DNA from: Acidobacteriota bacterium
GTDB taxonomy: Bacteria > Acidobacteriota > Thermoanaerobaculia > UBA5066 > Gp7-AA6
Length of the DNA stretch: 58,780 nt
Reading direction: 5' to 3'
NCBI GenBank assembly: GCA_031360505.1
Contig: JANMBR010000100.1
Coordinates: forward strand, 1 to 58,780
Within the stretch, counting starts at the first letter, position 1; the number at the start of each line of letters is the position of its first letter. The position numbers and the translations under genes are program-made. Under the pieces are notes generated by a model. It was not told the DNA's origin, searched no databases, and saw only the letters and a program-made list of their open reading frames with translations. Shown here piece by piece: positions 50,623-58,780 of the stretch.

Positions 50623-51146
50623 GACGCGGCCTCCGCGGGGGCGGCGTCGACCGCGGCGAGCTCGCCCGAGGAGAGAACCCGATCCGTGTCGAGGATCAGC
50701 ACGAACTCGCTACCGAGCTTTCCGAGGCCCTGCAGGTAGTCCACGCGGACGGGCGTTCCGAACGAAGGGGGCGGCTCGATCTCGTCGGGACGGAACTCGA
50801 CAACCTGGTTGACCGCGTCGGCGAGCACGCCCATCACGAGCTTCCCGCCGTCCGACTCGACCTCCACGATGATGATGCAGGTCCGCTTGGTGACCGCGCT
50901 CTCGGGCAGCCGGAACTTGCAGGCGAGGTCCACCACCGGCACAACGCTGCCGCGCAGGTTGATCACGCCGCGGATGAAGGCGGGCGTCGAGGGCACGCGC
51001 GTCAGGACCCCGTGCTCGATGATCTCGCGGACCCGGAGCACGCCGATCGCGTACTCGCCTCCAGCGAGCGAGAACGTCAGGTACTGCGCCCGGTCGAGCG
51101 ACCTGGCCGCGGTTTCGGTCGTCCTGGTCATCACGCTCTTATCCAT
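50619..51146 (-). CDS. cheW: Chemotaxis coupling protein CheW
   Basis: Trimmed to the ATG at 51146. YLTFSLAGGEYAIGVLRVREII...PAFIRGVINLRGSVVPVVDL is canonical CheW. Confidence 0.93.
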   Translation of the reverse strand: MDKSVMTRTTETAARSLDRAQYLTFSLAGGEYAIGVLRVREIIEHGVLTRVPSTPAFIRGVINLRGSVVPVVDLACKFRLPESAVTKRTCIIIVEVESDGGKLVMGVLADAVNQVVEFRPDEIEPPPSFGTPVRVDYLQGLGKLGSEFVLILDTDRVLSSGELAAVDAAPAEAAS

Positions 51147-51147
51147 T

Positions 51148-52914
51148 TCAAAAGCGCCGGAACTCGCGCTCGGGCGCGCCGCCCGCGATGGCGGCCGGCC
51201 GCCGCGGCGCGGCGAAGGCGACGATGGGGACCGGCATTTCCACTGGCTCCGGTTCCGGGGCGGCCGCCGGGATCGCAGGCTCACGGCGGACCGCGGCCGT
51301 CGCCGCGGCAGCGGGCGCAGAGTCGTCGGTCCGGAAGAACGCCACCACGCGGTGCAGCCCCTCGGCCTGTTTGAGGACCGCCTCGGCCTGTTGCCGCATC
51401 GCGTCGGCCTGGCTCGCCATCTCCTCCGCCGTCGAGGACAGCTCCTCGGCCGACGAGGCGTTTCTCTGCGTGATCTGGTCCACGTGCGCGAGCGCGCGGT
51501 TGATCTGGGCAACGCCCGAGGACTGTTCCGACGAGGCCGCGGCGACCTCCTGGACGAGGTCGGCCGTCTTTCGGATCGCGGGCACGAGCTCGCCGAGCAG
51601 CGCGCGCGAGCGTTCCGCCACCTTGACGGAGGACGCCGCGAGGCCGCCGATCTCTCTGGCCGCGGCCTGACTGCGCTCGGCGAGCTTGCGCACCTCGGTC
51701 GCGACCACCGCGAAACCCCGGCCGTGGTCGCCCGCTCGCGCCGCCTCGATCGCCGCGTTCAGCGCGAGCAGGTTCGTCTGGTACGCGATCTCCTCGACGA
51801 TCGAGATCTTCTCCGCGATGGATCGCATGGCCTCGACCGTGTCGTTCACCGAGCGCGCGCTCTCGTCCCCGTCCCCGGCCCCGCGCATGGCCATCTGCTC
51901 CATCTGTCGGCTGTTCTCTGCGTTCTGCGTGATCGAGGCGCTCATCTCTTCGAGCGACGACGTCGTCTCCTGCACCGAGGCCGCCTGCTCGCTCGTGCCC
52001 TGCGAGAGCGTCTGGGCGGAAGCGGACACCTGGCTCGAGGCGGACGACACCTGGCCCACGACCACGACGACTTGGCCCGAGGTCCGGGCGAGCGCGTCCG
52101 CGCCGGAGCGCACCTGCGCCACGACGCCCCTCAGGCGCTCGGCCATTCTGCCCATCGCGGACAACAGCTGCCCCACCTCGTCCTTGCCCGGGGACGGGAC
52201 CTGCACGAAGAGGTCTCCCCGGGCGATCGCCTCGGTGACGCGCACGGCCTGGAGGATGGGCCGCGTCACGCCGCGGGCGAGTTGGACCGAAAGCAGGGCG
52301 CCGAACGCGATCGTGACGAGCATGACCGCGACCATGGCGCGCGCCGTCCAGGCCTTCTGCGCAGCGAGGACCTTCGCTTTTTCGTTCATGCGCTTGAAGT
52401 TCACCGCGGCGAGGTCGGCGGCGGATTTTTCGAGCCGGTCGATCGACTCCTTGTAGGAGCCCATCTCGCGGTTCGCGTCCTGCGTCGACTTGAGCGTGTG
52501 CTGGCGCACGAGGCCGACCACGCGATAGAAGCCCGTCTCGTAGGTGGCGAGGTCGGCGCGCATCCGGCGGACGAGCTCCTTGTCTTCGGGGACCTCGGTG
52601 TCGCGGTCGAGACTTCCGAGGCGTTCGATCAGGCGGTAGCGCTGGTCGTTCCAGCTGGCGAGGTCTTCGCCCTCCTGGTCGGCGATGCCGACGTGGACCG
52701 CGAGCTCCTTCTCGAAGCGGCGCATCGCCTGCGTGTCGGCGCGGGCGGCCGCCGAGACCGAGGCCAGCTGCGCCTCGTGCGCGAGCATCGCCGCGGTCAT
52801 GTCGGACACGCGCGCGATCCCGCTGTAGCCGAGCGCCGCGATGACGATCGTCGTCGAGAGCCCAAGCCCCATCGCGAGGCCCAGGCGCACACCGATGCGC
52901 AGATTGCGGAACAT
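51148..52914 (-). CDS. Methyl-accepting chemotaxis protein (4-helix-bundle-type periplasmic domain, HAMP, MA domain)
   Basis: Two TM helices flank a helical ectodomain of about 160 aa. A HAMP domain follows. The signalling tip is [41 protein letters not shown]. Confidence 0.95.
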   Translation of the reverse strand: MFRNLRIGVRLGLAMGLGLSTTIVIAALGYSGIARVSDMTAAMLAHEAQLASVSAAARADTQAMRRFEKELAVHVGIADQEGEDLASWNDQRYRLIERLGSLDRDTEVPEDKELVRRMRADLATYETGFYRVVGLVRQHTLKSTQDANREMGSYKESIDRLEKSAADLAAVNFKRMNEKAKVLAAQKAWTARAMVAVMLVTIAFGALLSVQLARGVTRPILQAVRVTEAIARGDLFVQVPSPGKDEVGQLLSAMGRMAERLRGVVAQVRSGADALARTSGQVVVVVGQVSSASSQVSASAQTLSQGTSEQAASVQETTSSLEEMSASITQNAENSRQMEQMAMRGAGDGDESARSVNDTVEAMRSIAEKISIVEEIAYQTNLLALNAAIEAARAGDHGRGFAVVATEVRKLAERSQAAAREIGGLAASSVKVAERSRALLGELVPAIRKTADLVQEVAAASSEQSSGVAQINRALAHVDQITQRNASSAEELSSTAEEMASQADAMRQQAEAVLKQAEGLHRVVAFFRTDDSAPAAAATAAVRREPAIPAAAPEPEPVEMPVPIVAFAAPRRPAAIAGGAPEREFRRF

Positions 52915-52921
52915 GGGCGCC

Positions 52922-54664
52922 TCAGCCCTCCCACGAACGCCGGAAATCGGCGTCGTTGGCTGCCGCCTTCGCCCGGGCCGCCAGGAACGGCGCGAACGCG
53001 GCGGGCTCGCCTGCCTCCGCCACCGCTTCCCAACCGTCGGAGTCCGCCGGGGCGGCCGCAGCGACCACGGGAGACGGCGCCGCTTCGGCCGCCGCGCCGA
53101 TCTTGAAGAACGCCATCAGCCGATGCAGACTCTCGGCCTGCTTCAGAACCGCCTCGGCCTGCTGCCGCATCGCGTCGGCCTGGCTCGCCATCTCCTCCGC
53201 CGTCGAGGACAGCTCCTCGGCCGAAGAAGCGTTGCGCTGCGTCACGTGGTCCACCTGCGCGAGCGCGCGGTTGATCTGCGACACGCCGGAGGACTGTTCG
53301 GCCGAGGCCGCGGCCACCTCCTGGACGAGGTCGGTCGTCTTCCGGATCGAGGGCACGAGGTGCTCGAGCAGGGACTCGGAGCGCTCGGCCAGCCGCACGC
53401 ACGAGCCGGCGAGTCCGCCGATCTCCTTGGCCGCCGCCTGGCTGCGTTCGGCGAGCTTGCGCACCTCGGTCGCGACCACCGCGAAACCCCGGCCGTGGTC
53501 GCCCGCGCGCGCCGCCTCGATCGCCGCGTTCAGCGCCAGCAGGTTCGTCTGGTAGGCGATCTCTTCGACGATCGAGACCTTCTCGGCAATCGCCTGCATC
53601 GCGAGCATCGTTTCCTTGACCGAGGCCGCGCTCTCCTCCGCGTCCCGGGCGCCCTGGAGCGCCATCTGCTCCATCTGGCGGCTGTTCTCCGCGTTCTGGG
53701 TGATGGAGGCGCTCATCTGCTCGAGGGAGGAAGTCGTCTCCTCCACCGACGCCGCCTGCTCGCTCGTCCCCTGCGACACGACCTGCGCCGACGAGGACAC
53801 CTGGCCCGACGCGGACAGCACCTGGCCCGAAACGGCCACGACGTGCGACGACGAGCCGGTCACCGCGGAGGCGCGGTCGCGGACGTCGCCGATGATCTCG
53901 GCCAGCCTCTCGACGAACTGGTTGAAGAGCAGGGCCATGTGGCCGATCTCGTCGCGCGAAGTGACGGGGATGCGGCGCGTCAGGTCTCCCCCGCCCTGGA
54001 CCATCTGTTCCAGGTGGAACGTCATGGCGCTCAGGGGAGCCGTGACGGCGCGGGACACGACGAGCGCCACGAAGATCGAGACGAACAGGCACAGCAGCGT
54101 GATGAACGACATCGCGCCCCAGCGCCAGTGCTGGCTGGCCCGCGCCGTGGCAAACGCCGCCTGGACCGCCTCGCGGTCGTGGCGCGTGCGCGCCTTCAGG
54201 GTCTCGGTGATCTGGTTGAACTGCGCGGTCATCGCGGTGAGGTTCTGGGTCAGGTCCTCGCCCGCCTTCTGGTGGATCATGCGGTCGCTGACGGAGCTCG
54301 CCAGCGTCCAGTACTCCTGGAAGGCGCGCACGAGCTTGTCGCGCTCATCGCGGTCGACGACGGGGTTGTCCTTCTCGTCGTCGATGCGCTTCAGGAACCG
54401 GTCCCTCAGCGCGCCGGCGCCGTTGAGCGTCTCGGTGTCCTGCGCCGCCACGGAATCCTGAAGCTGCCGCTGCAGGGCCGTCAGGGCCTCTTCGAGGTCG
54501 CGGGAGAGCTCGAGGGAGGGCACGAAGCCCGCTTCGATCAGACCGAGCTGGCGCTCCTCGCGCCGACCGAGCGCGAAGTTGACGGCGAGCAGCAGGAGGA
54601 ATCCGACCGCCGCGAAGCACGGCAGCAGGATGACCTTCCAGCGAATGGCGAGGTTCTTCAACAT
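52922..54664 (-). CDS. Methyl-accepting chemotaxis protein, tandem paralogue
   Basis: Same architecture and an identical signalling tip. The sensor domain is divergent. Long DNA stretches are identical to the neighbouring MCP (e.g. 53171..53232 equals 51392..51453). Confidence 0.95.
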   Translation of the reverse strand: MLKNLAIRWKVILLPCFAAVGFLLLLAVNFALGRREERQLGLIEAGFVPSLELSRDLEEALTALQRQLQDSVAAQDTETLNGAGALRDRFLKRIDDEKDNPVVDRDERDKLVRAFQEYWTLASSVSDRMIHQKAGEDLTQNLTAMTAQFNQITETLKARTRHDREAVQAAFATARASQHWRWGAMSFITLLCLFVSIFVALVVSRAVTAPLSAMTFHLEQMVQGGGDLTRRIPVTSRDEIGHMALLFNQFVERLAEIIGDVRDRASAVTGSSSHVVAVSGQVLSASGQVSSSAQVVSQGTSEQAASVEETTSSLEQMSASITQNAENSRQMEQMALQGARDAEESAASVKETMLAMQAIAEKVSIVEEIAYQTNLLALNAAIEAARAGDHGRGFAVVATEVRKLAERSQAAAKEIGGLAGSCVRLAERSESLLEHLVPSIRKTTDLVQEVAAASAEQSSGVSQINRALAQVDHVTQRNASSAEELSSTAEEMASQADAMRQQAEAVLKQAESLHRLMAFFKIGAAAEAAPSPVVAAAAPADSDGWEAVAEAGEPAAFAPFLAARAKAAANDADFRRSWEG

Positions 54665-54674
54665 GGCCGCTCCT

Positions 54675-55115
54675 TCAATCCGTGACCGCGACGACCTTGA
54701 CGCTCGACGTATCGGTCCCCGACCAGACGTATCCGATCGCGCCCGGCGTGTCCCGGACGTACGCCACGACGTCGGCGTCGGTCGATTTCTCCGGCGGAGG
54801 GATGCCCTTGCCGCTGAAGATCATCTGCTGCCAGTAGGCCGAGATTGCAATGACCTGCTTGCCGTAGATCTCGAGCGTGAACCGCTGCCGCATCGGCGTC
54901 CTGGCGGACGGCTCCACCGGCATGACCAGGGCCCCTTCCGGCCACCGAACGGCCTTCTTCAGGAAGATCTCGCCGACTTTCAGGCGCGAGAGCTGCGCCG
55001 TCGGATTCGACGGGTTCACGATCACCTTGTAGGCGCTGGCGTCCTGCGCGCCGGAGCGCGCGGCCCAGATGCCGAGCCCGACGGAGAGAACGACGCGTGG
55101 CCAGAGTTTCATCAT
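54675..55115 (-). CDS. Small periplasmic PstS/PBP-like substrate-binding-domain protein (about 146 aa)
   Basis: Trimmed to the ATG at 55115 ([25 protein letters not shown], signal peptide), with [18 protein letters not shown]...[13 protein letters not shown]...[15 protein letters not shown] resembles a short PBP_like (phosphate-binding type) domain. Confidence 0.75.
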   Translation of the reverse strand: MMKLWPRVVLSVGLGIWAARSGAQDASAYKVIVNPSNPTAQLSRLKVGEIFLKKAVRWPEGALVMPVEPSARTPMRQRFTLEIYGKQVIAISAYWQQMIFSGKGIPPPEKSTDADVVAYVRDTPGAIGYVWSGTDTSSVKVVAVTD

Positions 55116-55129
55116 CGACTCCTTGCGAC

Positions 55130-56755
55130 TCATGCCGCCGGGGCAGAGACGCCCCGGGAAAGAACGGTGTCGAGAAGGCCGGGCACGTCCAGGATGAACG
55201 CGACCTTTCCGTCTCCAAGGATCGTGGAACCGCACAGGCCGCGCACTCCGTGGAAGAGCTCGCCGAGCGGCTTGATCACGGCCTGGCTCTGCCCGTGCAG
55301 CCGGTCGACGACGATGCCGGCGCGGGAGAGGTCGTGGCGCACGATGACGACGCTTTCGCGGCCGGCCGGCGTCTCTGCCGCGCCGAAGAGGCTGCGCAGG
55401 CGCACGAACGGCAGCGGCTCGCCGCGCAGCTCGAGGATGCCCTGCGCATCGCCGCGTCCGGGGCGGACCGAGGCCGGCAGCTCCATGCACTCGACGACGC
55501 GCTCCACCGGGATCACGTAGGTCTCGCCGCCGATGCCGACGCCGAAGCCCTCGATGATGGCGAGGGTCAGCGGGAGACGGAGCTTGATCGAGGTCCCGGC
55601 GTCGGGCCAGCTCTCGATCGCAATCGAGCCGCGCAGCGCCGCGATGCGCTCGCGCACCACGTCCATGCCCATGCCGCGCCCGGACCACTCTGTGACGCTC
55701 TCGGCCGTCGAGAATCCCGGCTCGAAGACCATCCGGTAGAGCTCCGGGTCGGCGAGCTTCTCGGGATCGTCCGCCAGGCCTCGGCGGCGCGCCTCTTCGA
55801 CGATCCGGTCCCGGTTGAAGCCGGCGCCGTCGTCGGCGAGCTCGATGACGATCGAGCCCGCTTCGCGCCACGCCGAGAGCGCGATCGAGCCGCAGGGGTC
55901 TTTGCCCTTGGCCCGGCGCACCTCGGGCGTTTCGATTCCGTGGAAGAGCGCGTTGCGGATCATGTGTGTCAGCGGATCCCGCAGGTGCTCGACGATCGTC
56001 GTGTCGACCTCGACGTCCTCGCCCTCGATGACGACGCGCGCGAGCTTGCCCTGTGCGGTCGCGAGGTCGCGGGCCGTGCGGACGTACTGCTTCAGGATCG
56101 GGCCGACGGGGACCATGCGGACCTGCATCACGAGCTCCTGGAGCTCGGTGTGTAGCTGCGCCGCGTCTTGGTGCGCCTCGAGCGCCTCCGGCGCCCCGAG
56201 CTCCTCGATCATCCGGCCCAGCCGGCCCCGGGAGATCGTGATCTCTCCGGCCAGCGTCATCAGCCGGTCGAGCTTGTCGACCGCAACCCGCAGCGTGTGC
56301 CCCTGCTCACTCGCGCGCGGGGCTTCCTCGCCGCGAGCCGGGATCGCGACGGTCGGGGCCGCTTTCGGTGCGGGCGCGCCCGCCGCGAGCCGCCGGAGGA
56401 CCTCCTGGTGCCGCGGCTCGATCTCGTGGTTGCCCTCGACGGCGACCGGCAGCATCTGGCGCAGCGCGTCGATGGACTCGAGCAGGACCGTGACGAGCTC
56501 GGGCGTGGCCGCGCGGGTGCGCTTGCGCAGCCGCTCGAGCTGGTCCTCGAGCGCGTGCGCGAACTCGGCGACTCCCGAGAAGCCGAGCGAGGCCGAGTTG
56601 CCCTTGAGCGTGTGGGCCATCCGGAAGATCGTCTGGAGCACTTCGGGATCGTCCGGCCGCGTCTCGAGCGAGAGCAGGCCCTCCTCCATCACCCGGAGGT
56701 TCTCCTCCGTTTCGGCGATGAAGGTCAGCAGCAGGGCTTCGGCGTCGAATTCCAT
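55130..56755 (-). CDS. cheA: Chemotaxis histidine kinase CheA (Hpt-dimerisation-HATPase-CheW-like; no P2 domain, no receiver)
   Basis: Hpt motif RMAHTLKGNSASLG. HATPase motifs HMIRNALFHGIE, DDGAGF, GRGMGMDVV. C-terminal CheW-like domain. Only a linker of about 55 aa separates Hpt from the dimerisation domain. Confidence 0.95.
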   Translation of the reverse strand: MEFDAEALLLTFIAETEENLRVMEEGLLSLETRPDDPEVLQTIFRMAHTLKGNSASLGFSGVAEFAHALEDQLERLRKRTRAATPELVTVLLESIDALRQMLPVAVEGNHEIEPRHQEVLRRLAAGAPAPKAAPTVAIPARGEEAPRASEQGHTLRVAVDKLDRLMTLAGEITISRGRLGRMIEELGAPEALEAHQDAAQLHTELQELVMQVRMVPVGPILKQYVRTARDLATAQGKLARVVIEGEDVEVDTTIVEHLRDPLTHMIRNALFHGIETPEVRRAKGKDPCGSIALSAWREAGSIVIELADDGAGFNRDRIVEEARRRGLADDPEKLADPELYRMVFEPGFSTAESVTEWSGRGMGMDVVRERIAALRGSIAIESWPDAGTSIKLRLPLTLAIIEGFGVGIGGETYVIPVERVVECMELPASVRPGRGDAQGILELRGEPLPFVRLRSLFGAAETPAGRESVVIVRHDLSRAGIVVDRLHGQSQAVIKPLGELFHGVRGLCGSTILGDGKVAFILDVPGLLDTVLSRGVSAPAA

Positions 56756-56762
56756 TGCAGTC

Positions 56763-57311
56763 CTAGAGCTTTGCGACCCAGGCGGTGCCCTGGTCGGTGT
56801 GGAAGATCAGCTTGCGGCCCGACTGGCCGCCGACGTCGCGCGAGACGACCGGGATCGCGAGCTCCTCGAGCAGCTTGAAGGCCACGGCGGCGTTCTTTTC
56901 ACCCAGGTGACCCTGCCGCGCCTGGAACGCCTCGAGTACGCACGCGCCCCCGAATACCTTGGCCTGAAGCCGCGCGCGGCCGGCGCCCAGGGCGACGAGC
57001 CGGGCGACGAGCTCGGTCATGGCGACGTTGCCGAAGCGCGGCGAGCTTTGCCCCGCGCCGGCGAAGAACGGAAGGAGGTAGTGGTTCATGCCGCCCACGG
57101 CCTCGATCGGGTCCCAGAGGCAGACCGCCACGCACGAGCCGAGGACCGTCGTCACCGCGCTCGGCTGGGCCGCGGCGTAGAGCTGGCCGGGCTGGAGGTA
57201 GACCCGGATCAGGTCGCGCCCCAGCTCGTGCGGTGACGGCGCCGCGCGTCTCGCGGCGGTCTGCTCCCCGACCGTTTCGTCCCAGGTCATGCCCGGGCGC
57301 TGTGCACTCAT
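56763..57311 (-). CDS. cheD: Chemoreceptor glutamine deamidase CheD
   Basis: TVLGSCVAVCLWDP...GGMNHYLLP...KVFGGA is the canonical CheD pattern. ATGA overlap with the upstream stop. Confidence 0.92.
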   Translation of the reverse strand: MSAQRPGMTWDETVGEQTAARRAAPSPHELGRDLIRVYLQPGQLYAAAQPSAVTTVLGSCVAVCLWDPIEAVGGMNHYLLPFFAGAGQSSPRFGNVAMTELVARLVALGAGRARLQAKVFGGACVLEAFQARQGHLGEKNAAVAFKLLEELAIPVVSRDVGGQSGRKLIFHTDQGTAWVAKL

Positions 57312-58087
57312 CGGCTCGCCCCGGCCGCGCCCGCGAAGCGGGACTGGAGCTCCGTGCAGTAGAGCGCCCTGGCCGCATGGGTGGCGAGCAAGTCGAAAAG
57401 CTCGTGGTCGAGCGCGACGAGGCCGGTCTTCTGCGGCAGCAGCCGGAAGATGGCCACGACGCCGAGCAGACGCCCGTCGAAATGGAGCGGAATGCAGGCC
57501 GAAAGGTCCTTCTCCTCGGGGCGCAGACCGGCGTCGTCGTCGCGGCCCGCGAGGTAGATCTCGGCCGTCCGCGCGCAGCGTCCGATGACGCCGCGGCCCA
57601 GCGCAACCGAGCGGAAGGGGCCCGGCTCGATCCCGAGCGACGCCACGAGCGACAGGCCGGAGCCGTTCTCGTCCGCCTCGAAGATCGCGATCTCCTCCGA
57701 CCCGATGAGGTTGCAGATGATGTCCTGGACGATCGAGAGCGCTTCGCCCCGGTCGAGCGTGGCGTGCAGGCGGTAGCTCGCCACGTAGAGGCTGGCGAGG
57801 TCCGTGTTCTGCTGCTCAACGCCGACGTACTGCTCGGAGAAGCGCCGGTTCTCTTCCTCGATCGCGGAAAGGCTTTTCTGAAGGCGCTCGCGCTCGAGCC
57901 AGTGGCTCTCGACGTCTTTCTGGAGGGCCGCGACCTGCTCGTTCAAAAACCGGTTCTCGCTCTCGAGCGAGGCCGTCAGCACCCGCAGCTTCCCGTTCTC
58001 CTCGAGCAGCGCCTGCACGTAGCGGCGCGTGTCGTCGCGCACCTTCTCGACGTAGGACTCGGGGTTGCCGCTGCCGGCGGGCTTCAC
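57308..58087 (-). CDS. Coiled-coil plus GAF domain protein (paralogue of 47781..48596)
   Basis: Long heptad-rich N-terminal helix, then LASLYVASYRLHATLDRGEALSIVQDIICNLIGSEEIAIFE...LLGVVAIFRLL. The GTG start overlaps the cheY stop (GTGA). Confidence 0.85.
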   Translation of the reverse strand: MKPAGSGNPESYVEKVRDDTRRYVQALLEENGKLRVLTASLESENRFLNEQVAALQKDVESHWLERERLQKSLSAIEEENRRFSEQYVGVEQQNTDLASLYVASYRLHATLDRGEALSIVQDIICNLIGSEEIAIFEADENGSGLSLVASLGIEPGPFRSVALGRGVIGRCARTAEIYLAGRDDDAGLRPEEKDLSACIPLHFDGRLLGVVAIFRLLPQKTGLVALDHELFDLLATHAARALYCTELQSRFAGAAGASR

Positions 58088-58464
58088 GACTTCTCCACGG
58101 CCAGGTAGCTCTCGATCTTCGTCAGGAGCTCGAGGCTGCTGAAGGGCTTCGTGATGTAGTCGCTGCAGCCGCTCTGGAAACCGTTCTCGACGTTCTCGCC
58201 CTCGCCGCGCGTGGTGACCATGATGATCGGCACGGTCTTCATCGACTCGTCTTCGCGGATCTTCCTGCAGACCTCGAAACCGTTCATGCGCGGCATGATC
58301 ACGTCGAGCAGGATGAGGTCGGGCCGCTCGGCAAACGCCCGCTCGACGGCCTCCGAGCCGTCCTTGGCCGTGACGAGGTCGTAGGAGCCCTTGTTCAGGA
58401 TCATCCTCTCCATCATCAGGACCGTGCTCGAGTCGTCGACCAACAGGATCTTCTTGCGTGCCAT
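58084..58464 (-). CDS. cheY: Single-domain response regulator CheY
   Basis: 126 aa. KILLVDDS, LILLDVIMP (phospho-Asp), VTT, ITKPF. Confidence 0.93.
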   Translation of the reverse strand: MARKKILLVDDSSTVLMMERMILNKGSYDLVTAKDGSEAVERAFAERPDLILLDVIMPRMNGFEVCRKIREDESMKTVPIIMVTTRGEGENVENGFQSGCSDYITKPFSSLELLTKIESYLAVEKS

Positions 58465-58483
58465 GGTTCCCTTCTCTCTTGCC

Positions 58484-58780
58484 TTACGGCGCCGGGTGTT
58501 CCTGCCCCGCGGCCATCAGCCCCGAGGCGATCCTTGCGACTTCCGAAAGCGGCTTGGGTTTGTGGAGGAACGCGTCCGCGCCGCGGCGACGCGCCTCGGC
58601 TTCGATCTCGCGCGACCCGTACGCGGTCAGCAGAATGATCCGCGTCTGCGGCGACTGCGCGCGGACCGACTCGATGATGTCGAGGCCCTCGGCGCCGTGC
58701 GTGCCGGAGAGCCGCAGGTCGAGGATTGCGAGCGCGTAGTCGTTCACCGCGACCAGCGCCTCGGCCTCCTGCGTCTCGCG
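58484..58780 (-). CDS. Response-regulator receiver domain protein, 5'-truncated by the window edge
   Basis: The in-frame open reading continues to position 58780 with no stop (...ETQEAEALVAVNDYALAILDLRLSG...LLTAYG...FLHKPKP). The track start at 58747 is an internal GTG. Confidence 0.8.
   Translation of the reverse strand, partial: RETQEAEALVAVNDYALAILDLRLSGTHGAEGLDIIESVRAQSPQTRIILLTAYGSREIEAEARRRGADAFLHKPKPLSEVARIASGLMAAGQEHPAP

Noticed and set aside
50809-54685. Plus-strand 765-aa and 614-aa ORFs, and the minus alternative-frame 431-aa ORF, over the MCP genes
   Set aside because: They are antisense to or out of frame with two MCP genes that have perfect signalling-tip motifs. Their similarity to each other merely mirrors the MCP duplication.
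1-58780. Looked for rRNA, CRISPR repeat-spacer arrays, IS/transposase, integrase, phage, toxin-antitoxin or classic defence-system genes
   Set aside because: None was seen by eye on either strand. The only dispersed repeats are the short palindromic and heptamer families reported above. Absence cannot be proven without tRNAscan, Infernal or an HMM search.

Overview
High-GC bacterial chromosomal window (58,780 bp). It reads as densely packed core and regulatory genome, not as an obvious mobile island. I support about 60 protein-coding genes. By eye I find no rRNA, intact tRNA, CRISPR array, transposase, integrase or phage gene. Because of the GC bias, nearly every real gene is shadowed by long Arg/Pro/Gly-rich out-of-frame ORFs in the six-frame track. 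I discarded those and trimmed several run-on ORFs to starts supported by a signal peptide or RBS. Housekeeping blocks: bcp, a dnaJ-like gene and lrp; comF and proline dehydrogenase; rpmE-prfA-prmC; murA-HIT; rsmI; holA; rplU-rpmA-obg-nadD-rsfS; mqnC. Envelope or exported proteins: a Cys-rich orphan, an FG-GAP lipoprotein, an orphan ABC-2 permease, two outer-membrane barrels, a CocE/NonD hydrolase, a SurA-like protein, LemA-TPM-TPM, and an 1135-aa CPBP-type membrane protein. Signalling genes are abundant: a PDZ-containing sensor kinase plus NtrC-type activator behind a sigma-54 promoter; an FHA-GAF-PP2C phosphatase; a Ser/Thr kinase next to SixA; an ECF sigma with a C-terminal extension; and a sensor-less sigma-54 activator appended to the obg-nadD-rsfS operon. 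The most unusual locus is a translationally coupled chemosensory operon of at least 13 genes (46.6 kb to the right window edge, minus strand). Its CheA/W/Y/B/R/D core and two MCPs are interleaved with two paralogous coiled-coil GAF proteins, a PATAN/DUF4388-like GAF protein and a half-size PstS-like periplasmic binding protein. Non-coding structure: a two-copy MITE-like palindromic element, a three-copy GTAGGGG...CCCCTAC GC-hairpin family, four 4x7-nt tandem arrays in 5' leaders, an AT-rich 19-bp perfect palindrome in the dnaJ/lrp promoter region, and several perfect TATAAT boxes so close to start codons that transcripts would be leaderless or nearly so. All function calls come from motif recognition by eye; no searches were run. 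The lineage cannot be fixed from this window. The content (futalosine pathway, many sigma-54, FHA, PP2C and PATAN features) fits Acidobacteriota- or Myxococcota-like organisms; this is inference only.
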